A DNA stretch of 64,000 bases, taken from NCBI GenBank assembly GCA_038206915.1, contig JBBRAI010000012.1, positions 1,121 to 65,120 of the forward strand, read 5' to 3'. The notes beneath the pieces are model-generated. The model ran no database searches, had not been told where the DNA came from, and saw nothing but the letters and a program-made list of their open reading frames with translations. Source of the DNA: Burkholderiales bacterium. GTDB taxonomy: Bacteria; Pseudomonadota; Gammaproteobacteria; Burkholderiales; SG8-39. Position 1 is the first letter of the stretch; each line of letters opens with the position of its first letter. Both the position numbers and the translations under genes were made by a program. This document shows, piece after piece, positions 11,269 through 21,379 of this stretch.

Positions 11269-12201
11269 TCAAGCGCGTTCGAGCACCATGCGCGCAGCGC
11301 ATAGATCCTCCAGCGCGGTGCCGACGGATTTGAACAGGGTGATTTCGTCCGCGCTCTTCCGGCCCGGATGGGTTCCGGCGATCAATTCGACCAGTTCCGC
11401 GCGCACGCGCTCGCGCACGAGCGCTCCGCTCGCCAGCGCCTGCACCAGGTCGCCCGCTTCGGCGAGCGCGCCGGAATAGGTGTCGACGAAAATCTCGGCG
11501 CGCGCGATCAGCGCGTCGTCGGCTTCGCGCATCGCCGGCGTGAAGCCGCCGACGAGATCGACGTGCGTGCCGGGACGCAGCAGTTTGCCGTGCAGCACGG
11601 GCTCGGTGGCGGTGGTGGCGCAGCTGACGATGTCGGCCTGCGCCAGTGCCTCGGGCAGATCGGCGAGCGCCTGCGCCGGCAGACCCTCTTCGCGCAGCCG
11701 CGCCGCCAGCGCCTGCGCGCGCCCGAGATTGCGGCCCCAGAGCAGCAGCCTTGCAAGCGGCCGCAGCGCGCAGTGTGCGCGCGCCATGTGCGGCGCCAGC
11801 GCGCCCGTGCCCACGACCAGCAGCACGGCGCTGTCCTGGCGCGCGAGATAGCCCGCCGCGAGCGCCGAGGCCGCGGCGGTGCGCCGCAGCGTGAGCGCTT
11901 CGCCGTCGATCAGCGCGCGCGGATGCCCGCTGGCGCCGTCGAGCAGCACATACAGCGCCGACACCGTGGCCACGCCGCGCTCGCGGTTGCGCGGAAACAC
12001 CGTCACCAGTTTCACGCCCAGGTCTTCCCCGGGCCGCCAGGCCGGCATCAGCAGCAGCCGGTCGCCGGCGGCGGTGACCTCGTGGACGTGGCGCAGCGGC
12101 ACCACGCAGCCCGCGCGAAACGCTTCGCGCAGCGCTTCGGCAAGCAGCCGGTAGTCGAGCGCCGCGTGGACCTGCTCGGCTGAGATGAAGGGCAGCGGCA
12201 C
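11269..12201 (-). CDS. Ornithine cyclodeaminase / mu-crystallin family protein
   Basis: LLMPAW, GVKLVTVFP.N, LTLRRTAAAS, GTGALA, FKSVGTALEDL. Confidence 0.85.
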   Translation of the reverse strand: MPLPFISAEQVHAALDYRLLAEALREAFRAGCVVPLRHVHEVTAAGDRLLLMPAWRPGEDLGVKLVTVFPRNRERGVATVSALYVLLDGASGHPRALIDGEALTLRRTAAASALAAGYLARQDSAVLLVVGTGALAPHMARAHCALRPLARLLLWGRNLGRAQALAARLREEGLPAQALADLPEALAQADIVSCATTATEPVLHGKLLRPGTHVDLVGGFTPAMREADDALIARAEIFVDTYSGALAEAGDLVQALASGALVRERVRAELVELIAGTHPGRKSADEITLFKSVGTALEDLCAARMVLERA

Positions 12202-12260
12202 GGCCGCCTAGGCAATATCGCGTCTGTGCTGCGCGCCGGACCGAGAACGAGACCGTTCGA

Positions 12261-13367
12261 TCAAAACACGATCACGCCGCGCGCGTTCTTGCCCGCTTCG
12301 AGATCGGCAAACGCCTGCGCTGCTTCGTCGATCTTGTAGGTGCGCGTGATGAGCTCGTCGAGCTTTAGTTTCTTCGCCTGGTACAGCGCGATCAGCCGCG
12401 GAAAATCCTCGCGCGGTCGCGCCGAACCGTAGTAGCTGCCGGTGAGGGTCTTTTCCTCGAAGGTGATCGACGCCGTCTTGATCGAGGTGTTGTCCTCGCC
12501 GCGCGCGACGCCCACCACCAGCGCAGTGCCGCCCTTGCGCACGGCGCGGAAAGCCTGCTCCACCATTTTGCCCATGCCGATGCACTCGAAGGCGTAGTCG
12601 GCGCCGCCGCCGGTGAGCTTCTTCACCGCCTTCACCAGGTTTTCTTCCTTGCCGGCGTTGATCACATGTGTGGCGCCGAATTGCTTCGCCAGCTCCAGCT
12701 TGTTGTCGGCGAGGTCCACCGCGACGATGACGCTCGCGCCGGCGATCGCGCAGCCCTGGATCACGTTCAGCCCCACGCCGCCGGCGCCTATCACCAGCAC
12801 GCTGGACCCGGCTTCCACCTTGGCGGTATTGACTGCCGCGCCCACGCCGGTCATTACGCCGCAGCTGATCAGCGCCGCCTGCGGCAGCGGCATGCCGGGG
12901 GCGATCTTGACTGCGTTATTGATATGCAGCGTCGCGTATTCGGCCATCACGCCGCAGGCGGAAAATATGTTGATCGGCTTGCCCGCTGCATCGCGCGTGC
13001 GCAGGCTGCCGTCGGGCAGAGAGATGATCGCCTTGGCGCCGACATCGCACAAATGCGGACGGCCGGTGACGCAGTAGCGGCACTTGCCGCACATGTTGAC
13101 GAAGGAACTGATCACGGTATCGCCTATCGCGAAATCGCTCACGCCTTCGCCGACCTCGACCACGGTGCCGGCGCCTTCGTGGCCCAGGATCAGCGGCAGC
13201 GGCATGCCGATGGTGCCGTTGATGGCGGACAGGTCGCTGTGGCACACGCCGCAGGCGCCCAGTTTGATCATCACTTCGTCGCGGTGCGGCGATTCGACGT
13301 CGATTTCTTCCACCACCACCGGCCCGTTGAGTTGACGGCAGATGACTGCTTTTGCCTTGCGTCCCAT
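12261..13367 (-). CDS. Zn-dependent alcohol dehydrogenase (class III-like MDR)
   Basis: CHSD, GHEGAG, structural zinc motif CGKCRYC..C, GAGGVG. Confidence 0.9.
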   Translation of the reverse strand: MGRKAKAVICRQLNGPVVVEEIDVESPHRDEVMIKLGACGVCHSDLSAINGTIGMPLPLILGHEGAGTVVEVGEGVSDFAIGDTVISSFVNMCGKCRYCVTGRPHLCDVGAKAIISLPDGSLRTRDAAGKPINIFSACGVMAEYATLHINNAVKIAPGMPLPQAALISCGVMTGVGAAVNTAKVEAGSSVLVIGAGGVGLNVIQGCAIAGASVIVAVDLADNKLELAKQFGATHVINAGKEENLVKAVKKLTGGGADYAFECIGMGKMVEQAFRAVRKGGTALVVGVARGEDNTSIKTASITFEEKTLTGSYYGSARPREDFPRLIALYQAKKLKLDELITRTYKIDEAAQAFADLEAGKNARGVIVF

Positions 13368-13624
13368 GCTGATTCCCCGTTTTAATTGCAGATCTCGGGC
13401 AATATACAACTTGCGCAGCGAATTCGCCAAACCGCAGCAGAATACAGCCCGCAACCTCCGGCGAGCGGGCATTTTAATGCTGTCAGCTTCGCGTCAGCTA
13501 TTTCCATGTGGGCATGGGGGATATGGCCCATGGCCGCATATTCCGGCTACAATATGAGAGCGCGCACTGCCAGACAGCGGGCGTCATCACGAAAAACCTA
13601 TCCAACCGAAATGAGGAGCTCACG

Positions 13625-14740
13625 ATGCAACGTCGTTCATTCCTGAAAAAAGCCGGCCTAGGTTTGGCCGCAGGCGCAGCAGTAGCCGCGCCAGCAGTAG
13701 TCAAGGCGCAATCGCCCAACGTTTCCTGGCGCATGGCCGGAAGCTGGCCCAAGAGCCTGGCAACCCTCTATGGCGGCATGGAGGAGATCTCCAAGCGCGT
13801 AGCGGACGCGACCGGTGGCAAGTTCACCATCAAGGTATTTGCGGCAGGTGAAATCGTAGGCGGCCTGCAGGTCCTGGATGCAGTTGAGAGCGGCACGGTG
13901 GAATGCGGCCATACCGCGACCTATTACTACTTTGGCAAGGACCCGACGTTTGCCTTTTCCTGCTGCCTCCCGTTCGGCATGAATACGCGCCAGCAGAATG
14001 CCTGGATGATGCACGGCGGTGGCCTGGAACTTACGCGCGAATTCTTCAAGACCCACGGCATGATGAATATCGCGGCCGGCAATACCGGTACGCAGATGGG
14101 CGGCTGGTTCCGCAAGGAGATCAAGACCGTCAAAGACCTCAAGGGACTGAAGTTCCGCATCGGCGGAACCGGCGGCCTGCCGCTGGCCAAACTGGGCGTA
14201 GTGCCGCAGATGATTGCCGGCGGCGACGTGTATCCGGCGCTGGAAAAAGGCACTATCGATGCGGCGGAGTGGGTCGGCCCGTACGACGACGAGAAACTTG
14301 GCTTCTACAAGGTGGCGAAGTACTACTACTACCCGGGCTGGTGGGAAGGCGGCCCCACGCTCGATCTGCTGGTGAACCTCAAAGCCTGGGACGCCTTGCC
14401 TAAAGACTATCAGGCGATCCTCGAGTCGGCCTGCGCCGCGGCGAACGTGTCGATGAGTGCGAAATACGACACGCTCAACCCGCCCGCGCTGAAGCGGCTA
14501 ATCGCCAACGGCGTCAAGCTGCGGCCGTTCTCCAACGAAATCATGGCGGCGTGCTACAAAGCTTCGACGGAAGTGTTCGACGACATCGCGACGAAAAACG
14601 CCAATTTCAAGAAAATATATGAGCCGTGGAAGAAATTCCGCGACGAACAGGTGCAGTGGTTCTCGATTGCAGAAAGCCGTTTCGACAACTTCATGTCCGC
14701 GGCCGAGCGCATGTCGCAGCGCGGCGGGAAGAAAGGGTAA
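13625..14740 (+). CDS. dctP: TRAP transporter substrate-binding protein (DctP/TakP-like) with Tat signal
   Basis: MQRRSFLKK Tat signal; GNTGTQMGGWFRKEI, AAEWVGPYDD, YYPGWWE. Confidence 0.88.
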   Translation: MQRRSFLKKAGLGLAAGAAVAAPAVVKAQSPNVSWRMAGSWPKSLATLYGGMEEISKRVADATGGKFTIKVFAAGEIVGGLQVLDAVESGTVECGHTATYYYFGKDPTFAFSCCLPFGMNTRQQNAWMMHGGGLELTREFFKTHGMMNIAAGNTGTQMGGWFRKEIKTVKDLKGLKFRIGGTGGLPLAKLGVVPQMIAGGDVYPALEKGTIDAAEWVGPYDDEKLGFYKVAKYYYYPGWWEGGPTLDLLVNLKAWDALPKDYQAILESACAAANVSMSAKYDTLNPPALKRLIANGVKLRPFSNEIMAACYKASTEVFDDIATKNANFKKIYEPWKKFRDEQVQWFSIAESRFDNFMSAAERMSQRGGKKG

Positions 14741-14784
14741 GTCAAGCGACGTAGATCTATCCGGGTGCCGTACCCGGTAGAAGC

Positions 14785-14813
14785 AAAACCCCCGCCAGTG
14801 CGGGGGTTTTTTT
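14785..14813. terminator. Bidirectional rho-independent terminator between the convergent dctP and dctM
   Basis: AAAACCCCCGC-CAGT-GCGGGGGTTTTTTT, with an A-run and a T-run on opposite sides. Confidence 0.85.
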
Positions 14814-14858
14814 ATTCTGCGGCGTCGCGACGGACGCTGCAGTCGCGCCGCTGAATTC

Positions 14859-16658
14859 CTATGGCGTCTTCGCCGCGGGCGGTTTCGCTGCATCCTTGCC
14901 CGCAGCAGCACCACTACCGCCGGCCGGAGCATCCGCTTTATCGGGCGCGGCTGTCGCGTCCGCTGGCTGATCCGGACTATCGCTGAATTGTTCTTCAAGC
15001 GCTTTCTCCAGATCGCTCTGGTTCCTGGCGCCGGACCCGGATGTCGCATCGGGGACCATGATCTCCAACTTGTCGGTATCGATGGCCTTCTTCTTCACCA
15101 AGCCGCCGCCGACGATATCCGGCACGGCGATCACCAGCGCGACCATGATCACCTGGATCAGCACGAACGGCACCACGCCCCAATAGATCTGCATCGTGGT
15201 CACCTTGGCCGTCAGCTTGCCGCTGACGCGGTCGACGTAATCCTTGACCGGGGCCACGCTGCGCAGATAGAACAGGGAGAAACCGAAGGGTGGATGCATG
15301 AACGAGGTCTGCATGTTGATCGCCAGCAGCACGCCGAACCAGATCAAGTCTATGCCCAGCTTCTCCGCCACCGGCCCGAGCAACGGGATGATGATGAAAG
15401 CGAGTTCGAAAAAGTCGAGGAAAAAAGCCAGGATGAACACCAGCACGTTGACCACAATGAGGAAGCCGAGCTGGCCGCCCGGCAGGCCGAGGAGCAGGTG
15501 CTCCACCCAGATGTGGCCGTCCACGCCGTAAAAGGTCAGGCTGAACACGCGCGAACCGACCAGGATGAACACAACGAAGGAGGTCAGCTTCGCCGTTGCA
15601 TCCATGGCCTGGCGCAGCAGCGGAAAGCTCAGCCGCCGGCGCCCGAGCGCCATGGCCAGCGCGCCGGTGGCGCCCATGGCGCCGCCCTCAGTCGGCGTTG
15701 CCACACCGAGGAAGATCGTGCCCAAAACCAGAAAGATCAGTGCCAGCGGCGGGATCAGGACGAAGGTCACGCGCATCGCGATCTTCGACAGCAAGCCCAG
15801 CTTCAGCAAATGGTTGAGCACCGCCGCGACGAAGGCGACGCCGACCCCGACCGCGGTCGAAACCACCAGCAGCTCGTCAAGAGGCGCATCCGGCGGGTAG
15901 TGCCACTTCGAAAACGCGACCGAAACGACCACCGCAATGATCACCAGGACTATGAGCGACGGCGTGCCGCTGCCGCCGTTGGGCTCGCGGAAGGTACGCG
16001 CTTCGACCGGGAGTGCCGGCGCCCAATGCGGCTTGAACATGGTCACGCCTACGGCGAAGACGACGTACAAGAGGGTGAGGACCAGTCCCGGGAGAAATGC
16101 GCCGGCGTACATGTCGCCCACGGACTTGCCCAGCTGGTCGGCCATGACGATCAGCACCAGTGAGGGCGGAATGATCTGCGCCAGCGTGCCCGACGCGGCG
16201 ATCACGCCGCAGGCGAAGCGCCGATCGTAGCCGTAGCGCAGCATGATCGGCAGCGAGATCAGTCCCATCGAGATCACCGAAGCGGCCACCACGCCGGTGG
16301 TGGCGGCGAGCAGCGCGCCGACGAATATTACGGCGAAGGCGAGGCCACCGCGCAGGGGACCGAACAACTGGCCGATGGTGTCGAGCAGGTCCTCGGCCAT
16401 GCCGCTGCGCTCCAGCACCAGGCCCATGAAGGTGAAAAACGGCACCGCGAGCAGGGTATCGTTGGACATGATCGCCCAGATGCGCTGCGGCAGCGCCTGG
16501 AACAGCGAAGGGTGCAGCAGTCCGAGCTGGACGCCGATGATGCCGAACAGAACGCCGTTGGCGGCGAGGGAAAATGCGACGGGGTAGCCGAGTAGCAGAA
16601 ACACCACCAGCGCGCCGAACATTACTGGCGCCATATTGTGGGTCAACAGTTCGATCAT
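14859..16658 (-). CDS. dctM: TRAP transporter large permease
   Basis: Polytopic; GYPVAFSL, SGTLAQIIPPS, ATPTEGGA, QTSFMHPPFG. Confidence 0.9.
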   Translation of the reverse strand: MIELLTHNMAPVMFGALVVFLLLGYPVAFSLAANGVLFGIIGVQLGLLHPSLFQALPQRIWAIMSNDTLLAVPFFTFMGLVLERSGMAEDLLDTIGQLFGPLRGGLAFAVIFVGALLAATTGVVAASVISMGLISLPIMLRYGYDRRFACGVIAASGTLAQIIPPSLVLIVMADQLGKSVGDMYAGAFLPGLVLTLLYVVFAVGVTMFKPHWAPALPVEARTFREPNGGSGTPSLIVLVIIAVVVSVAFSKWHYPPDAPLDELLVVSTAVGVGVAFVAAVLNHLLKLGLLSKIAMRVTFVLIPPLALIFLVLGTIFLGVATPTEGGAMGATGALAMALGRRRLSFPLLRQAMDATAKLTSFVVFILVGSRVFSLTFYGVDGHIWVEHLLLGLPGGQLGFLIVVNVLVFILAFFLDFFELAFIIIPLLGPVAEKLGIDLIWFGVLLAINMQTSFMHPPFGFSLFYLRSVAPVKDYVDRVSGKLTAKVTTMQIYWGVVPFVLIQVIMVALVIAVPDIVGGGLVKKKAIDTDKLEIMVPDATSGSGARNQSDLEKALEEQFSDSPDQPADATAAPDKADAPAGGSGAAAGKDAAKPPAAKTP

Positions 16659-17245
16659 GCGGATTCACCCCGCTCTTTGCGCAGCGCTTCCGCCAGTTGC
16701 TCTTCCAGACTCGGGCCGTCGTGCTTTTCGCCCGGGTCCGGGATCAGGCCGAGCAGGAAGGCGACGCGCTTGATCAGTTCCGAAAGCCCCTGCAGGACCA
16801 GGAAGAAGAATCCGAGAGGCACCATCAGGCGCGCCGGCCAGATGATCAGCCCGCCGACATTGGTCGAAATCTCGTGCATCTGATAGGACTGGACGAACAC
16901 CGGCCAGGACATCCACATGATCGCGATCGCCATCGGCATCAGGAAGAACAGCGTTCCGAATATGTCGACCCAGGCGCGCCCGCGCCTCGACAGGTGCGAG
17001 GTGAGGACGTCTATGCGCACGTGCTGGTTGTGCAGCAGCGTGTAGCCGGCGCAGAACAGGAACACCGCCGAAAACAGGTACCACTGGATTTCGAGCCAGG
17101 CGTTCGAGCTCTTGTCGAAGGTGTAGCGCATGGTGGCATTGCCGGCGCTGACCAGCACCGCGACCAGGATCAGCCAGTAGCTGAGGCGCCCGACGAGGTT
17201 ATTCAACGCGTCGATAACACCGGACAATTTGAGAAGCGCTTTCAC
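16655..17245 (-). CDS. dctQ: TRAP transporter small permease
   Basis: Four TM segments; WLEIQWYLFS, HVRIDV; overlaps the dctM start. Confidence 0.88.
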   Translation of the reverse strand: MKALLKLSGVIDALNNLVGRLSYWLILVAVLVSAGNATMRYTFDKSSNAWLEIQWYLFSAVFLFCAGYTLLHNQHVRIDVLTSHLSRRGRAWVDIFGTLFFLMPMAIAIMWMSWPVFVQSYQMHEISTNVGGLIIWPARLMVPLGFFFLVLQGLSELIKRVAFLLGLIPDPGEKHDGPSLEEQLAEALRKERGESA

Positions 17246-17438
17246 GGGATCTCCTCTCTGTTCAGGCGAGGACTTCAGGCCTCGTTATCGCCGCTAATAC
17301 AATGCCACAGCCGGGGCATTATATGGGATTTCTCCCAATAAACGGTAAGGAATTACCCTTAAATGCGCAGCGTCCGCGTCGCTCGCCGCAACCCGCATCG
17401 AGCATGCTAACATCGTCGCCTCCCCCTCCCAGCCGGCC

Positions 17439-18113
17439 ATGAGCAAGCACAGCGCGCAGCAGAAATTCAGCTATCTGTTTCCGGACAGCGTAGGCGCCGG
17501 CGCAGAGGGTGCGCTGTCGCTGCAATGGGCGCCCGGATCCGGGCCCTTCGGCGGCGAACGCACGCTTTCCTGCAACGACGCGCTGCCCACGCTGCAATTG
17601 CTGCGCGGGGCCTTCACCCCGGCCGAATGCGCTGCCATCGCCGCGCTGGGCGACGCCGCGAGCGGCACCGCCGGTCGGGTGGAATTGGGCGCCGACACCT
17701 ACCGCGTGAGCAAAATCGTCTGGATCGAACCGGTACAGTCCGCGCATTGGATCTATCACCGGCTGGGATTGATGTTCGCGCAGGCCAACCGCCATTACGG
17801 GCTGGAACTGATCGGACTGGTCGAAGCGCTGCAATACACGGTGTACGGCCCGGGGCAGCATTTCGACTGGCATATCGACCTGGGTTCGGGCCAGACCAGC
17901 GGCCGCAAGCTCAGCATGACGGTGCAGTTATCCGAAGCCGGCGACTACAGCGGAGGCGAGCTCGAATTCATCAATGCGCCGGGCCCGAACGCTGCGAAGG
18001 AGATCGGCGCCGCCACGGTCTTTCCCTCCTATCTTGCGCATCGCGTCGCGCCGGTGCGGACCGGCGTGCGCCGCTCGCTCGTGGCCTGGGCCTATGGACC
18101 GGCCTTCGAATAG
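17439..18113 (+). CDS. 2-oxoglutarate/Fe(II)-dependent oxygenase (prolyl-hydroxylase-like)
   Basis: WHID (HxD), RKLSMTVQL, Y.GGEL, FPSYLAHRV.PV..G.RRSLVAW. Confidence 0.85.
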   Translation: MSKHSAQQKFSYLFPDSVGAGAEGALSLQWAPGSGPFGGERTLSCNDALPTLQLLRGAFTPAECAAIAALGDAASGTAGRVELGADTYRVSKIVWIEPVQSAHWIYHRLGLMFAQANRHYGLELIGLVEALQYTVYGPGQHFDWHIDLGSGQTSGRKLSMTVQLSEAGDYSGGELEFINAPGPNAAKEIGAATVFPSYLAHRVAPVRTGVRRSLVAWAYGPAFE

Positions 18114-18127
18114 AAGCGGGGGCCGGC

Positions 18128-19468
18128 CTAGTTGCCGGCGACGGTCATGCTGTCGATCAGGATGGAGCCGCAGCGGCGCGAACCGCGCGTGAGCTGGTCC
18201 CTGCCCACCGCGGCGATGCCCTTGAACATGTCGCGCAGGTTGCCGGCGATGGTGATCTCTTCCACCGGATAGCGGATTTCCCCGCCCTCTACCCAGTACC
18301 CGGCCGCCCCGCGCGAGTAGTCGCCGGTTACCATGTTGATGCCCTGCCCCATCAGGTCGGTGACGAACAGGCCGCGGCCCATTTTACGCAGCAACCCGGG
18401 CAGATCGAGGTCGCCGCCCTGGAGAATCAGGTTGTGGTTGCCGCCGGCATTTCCGGTGCTCTTCATGCCGAGTTTACGCGCCGAATAGGTGCCGAGGAAA
18501 TAGCCCTGCAGCACGCCGTCCTTCACCACCTCGCGCGCATGCGTCGCGACACCGTCGTCGTCGAAGCAGCCGCTCGCGAGCCCTTTTTTCAGGTGCGGCT
18601 GCTCGGCAATCTGCACCAGCGGCGAGAACACCTGCTTGCCGAGGCTGTCGAGCAGGAACGAAGTCTTGCGATACAGGCTGCCGCCGCTCACCGCGCCGAC
18701 GAAGCTTGCGAGCAGACCGCCCGCCATCGGCGCCTCGAACAGCACCGGCACTTTCATCGTCTTCAGCTTGCGGCTCTTCAGGCGCGCCAGCGCGCGCTGC
18801 CCGGCGTAGCGCCCGAGCGCCTCGCCCGCGGGCAGGTCGCGCGCATCGCGCGCCTCCGCGTACCAGTCGTCGCGCTGCATCGCTCCGTTCTGCGCCGCGA
18901 TCACCGCGCAGGAGAGGTAATGGCGCGTGGTCGGATAGCCTGCGGCAAAACCGTTCGAATTCGCCACCACGAACTGGTGCTGCTGGGTCGAAACGCCCGC
19001 ACCCTCGGAGTTGACGATGCGACTATCCAACGCGAACGCGGCGGACTCGCAGGCGCGCGCCCGCTCGATCGCGGCTTCGATCGTCAGGTCCCAGGGATGG
19101 AACAGGTCGAGGTCATGGATCTCGCGCGCCATCAGCCCGGGTTCGGCCAGGCCGGCGCAGTCGTCGCTCGCGGTGAAGCGCGCGATGCTGAGCGCCGCCG
19201 CCACCGTGTCCGACAGCGCCCGCGGCGAAAAATCCGATGAACTGGCGAATCCCTTGCGCTGTCCGAGGTAGGCGGTGAAGCCCAGGCCCTTGTCGCGGTT
19301 GTACTCGATGTTCTCGACCTCGCCCTTCCTGACCACCGCAGTCTGGCCGTAGCCTTCGGACACGTCGACCTCGCAGGCGCTCGCGCCCCGCGCCGCGCCC
19401 TGGCGCAGCAGGTCCAGGGCAATCTGCCGCAGCGTGTCCAGGGGATAGGTAAAGCGCGCAGCGCTCAT
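18128..19468 (-). CDS. pmbA: Metalloprotease PmbA/TldE
   Basis: YNRDKG, FDDDGV, YSARKLG..STGNAGG, GINMVTGDYSRGAAG, EITIAGNL. Confidence 0.92.
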   Translation of the reverse strand: MSAARFTYPLDTLRQIALDLLRQGAARGASACEVDVSEGYGQTAVVRKGEVENIEYNRDKGLGFTAYLGQRKGFASSSDFSPRALSDTVAAALSIARFTASDDCAGLAEPGLMAREIHDLDLFHPWDLTIEAAIERARACESAAFALDSRIVNSEGAGVSTQQHQFVVANSNGFAAGYPTTRHYLSCAVIAAQNGAMQRDDWYAEARDARDLPAGEALGRYAGQRALARLKSRKLKTMKVPVLFEAPMAGGLLASFVGAVSGGSLYRKTSFLLDSLGKQVFSPLVQIAEQPHLKKGLASGCFDDDGVATHAREVVKDGVLQGYFLGTYSARKLGMKSTGNAGGNHNLILQGGDLDLPGLLRKMGRGLFVTDLMGQGINMVTGDYSRGAAGYWVEGGEIRYPVEEITIAGNLRDMFKGIAAVGRDQLTRGSRRCGSILIDSMTVAGN

Positions 19469-19560
19469 CGTGTTTGTTGCTGCTGGATTGAAGGCATGGG
19501 AATGGTGTTCGGTCCGCAAAAGCCGTTATCATAGCAGTTCGAACCTTCCTCACCGCCCCC

Positions 19561-20073
19561 ATGCAAGACGATCAAGACGAGCTCACCAGCAAGACGCGCA
19601 AGAAGAAGGACATGCTCGCGCTGCAGCAACTGGGCGCGCAGCTGGTCGAGCTGAACGAGCAGCAGCTGCAGTCCATGCAGTTGCCCGAAGCGCTGCTGGA
19701 CGCGGTGAACGAAGCGCGGCGCCTTGCGCGCAAACACGAGGCGCTGCGCCGGCAGCTGCAATATATCGGCCGCCTGATGCGCGATATCGACGCAGCGCCG
19801 ATCCGCGAGAGGCTGGAGCAGTGGCACGGCCAGGGTCGCGAGCACACGGCGCAGTTGCACGCGATCGAGCGTTGGCGCGACGCGCTGCTGGCGGCGGACC
19901 CGGCGCTGGAACAGTTTCTCAACGAGCACCCGCATGCGGACAGCCAGAAACTGCGCAGCCTGATCCGCAACGCGCGGCGCGAACAAGGCGCTTCGCTGCC
20001 GCCCAAGAGCTACCGCGAGCTGTTCCGCGTGTTGCGCGAAACGATAACCGGAGAGGCCGCAGCCGATGTCTGA
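19561..20073 (+). CDS. yjgA: Ribosome-associated protein YjgA/DarP
   Basis: SKTRKKKDM.ALQ.LG, RRQLQYIGRLMR, ERWRD.LL; divergent from pmbA as is typical. Confidence 0.9.
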   Translation: MQDDQDELTSKTRKKKDMLALQQLGAQLVELNEQQLQSMQLPEALLDAVNEARRLARKHEALRRQLQYIGRLMRDIDAAPIRERLEQWHGQGREHTAQLHAIERWRDALLAADPALEQFLNEHPHADSQKLRSLIRNARREQGASLPPKSYRELFRVLRETITGEAAADV

Positions 20074-20698
20074 AAATCCCGAAATGCTGGTGATCGGCCT
20101 GGTCTCGGTCAGCGACCGCGCCTCCGCCGGCGTGTACAAGGACGAAGGCATACCCGCACTGGAGGAGTGGTTCGCGCGCGCCATCGCCGCGCCCGCATGG
20201 CGCACCGAAAAGCGCCTGATCCCGGACGAGGCGCCCGCGATCGAAGCGGCGCTGATAGAACTCGTCGACCAGGCAGGCTGCCACCTGGTGCTCACCACCG
20301 GCGGAACCGGCCCCGCATTGCGCGACGTGACGCCGGAGGCGACGCTCGCCGTCGCCGACAAACCCATGCCCGGTTTCGGCGAGCAGATGCGCAGGATCAG
20401 CCTGGAGTTCGTGCCCACCGCGATCCTGTCGCGCCAAGTCGCGGTGATCCGCTACCGCCGCGGCGCCGGCGCGGGCGGCGCGCTGATCATCAACCTGCCC
20501 GGCCAGCCGAAGTCGATCCGGGAGACGCTCGAAGGACTCAGGGACAAGGAAGGCAGGCAACTCGTGCCGGGCATATTCGCCGCCGTGCCCTATTGCATCG
20601 ACCTCATCGGTGGACCGTACATCGAGACGCGCGAGGACGTGATCAAGGCGTTCCGCCCCAAGTCCGCAATCCGCCCGAAGAAGGACCAGCAGTCTTGA
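20066..20698 (+). CDS. mog: Molybdopterin adenylyltransferase
   Basis: SDRASAG.Y.D, TTGGTG, RDVTPEAT, MPGFGE.MR, NLPGQPK. Confidence 0.92.
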   Translation: MSENPEMLVIGLVSVSDRASAGVYKDEGIPALEEWFARAIAAPAWRTEKRLIPDEAPAIEAALIELVDQAGCHLVLTTGGTGPALRDVTPEATLAVADKPMPGFGEQMRRISLEFVPTAILSRQVAVIRYRRGAGAGGALIINLPGQPKSIRETLEGLRDKEGRQLVPGIFAAVPYCIDLIGGPYIETREDVIKAFRPKSAIRPKKDQQS

Positions 20699-21357
20699 GC
20701 GCACCGGTGCTGGAAAGCATAGAAATCGAAACCGCGCCCGATCCGCGCGCCAGCATCATCTGGATGCACGGCCTGGGTGCAGACGGCAACGACTTCGTGC
20801 CGCTGGTCGACGAAATCGAGCTGCCGGTCGCGGCGCGCTACATTTTCCCGCACGCCCCGATGATGCCGGTGAGCATCAACGGCGGCTATGTGATGCGCGC
20901 CTGGTACGACATCAGCGATGCCGCCATCCGGCGCGAAGACGAAGCGGGCGTGCGCGCTTCGCAGCAAAGCATCGAAGCCCTGCTCGCACGGGAAAAGGCG
21001 CGCGGCGTCCCGGCGCAGCGCATCGTGCTCGCCGGCTTTTCCCAGGGCGGCGCGATTGCGCTGCAGGCCGGGCTGCGCCACGCCGAGCGCCTGGCCGGCA
21101 TCATGGCGCTCTCGACATATGTGCCGCTCGCCGACACGCTCGCGTCCGAGGCGAATCCGGCCAACCGTCAGGTGCCGGTGTTCATGGCGCACGGCACGGC
21201 CGATCCGATGATTCCCTGTTCCCGCGCGCAGGCTTCGCGCGATCTGCTGCTGCAGCAGGGCTATGCGGTCGAATGGCACGAGTACCGCATGCAGCATTCG
21301 GTGTGCCCGGAAGAGATCGTCGCAATCGGCGTCTGGCTCAGGAAAGTGCTGGCCTGA
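20695..21357 (+). CDS. Carboxylesterase / phospholipase (alpha/beta hydrolase)
   Basis: HGLGADG, MRAWYDI, GFSQGG nucleophile motif, HG..D, H; TTG start overlapping the mog stop. Confidence 0.88.
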   Translation: MSAPVLESIEIETAPDPRASIIWMHGLGADGNDFVPLVDEIELPVAARYIFPHAPMMPVSINGGYVMRAWYDISDAAIRREDEAGVRASQQSIEALLAREKARGVPAQRIVLAGFSQGGAIALQAGLRHAERLAGIMALSTYVPLADTLASEANPANRQVPVFMAHGTADPMIPCSRAQASRDLLLQQGYAVEWHEYRMQHSVCPEEIVAIGVWLRKVLA

Positions 21358-21379
21358 ACGGCAGCGCCATCGGCTGGCG

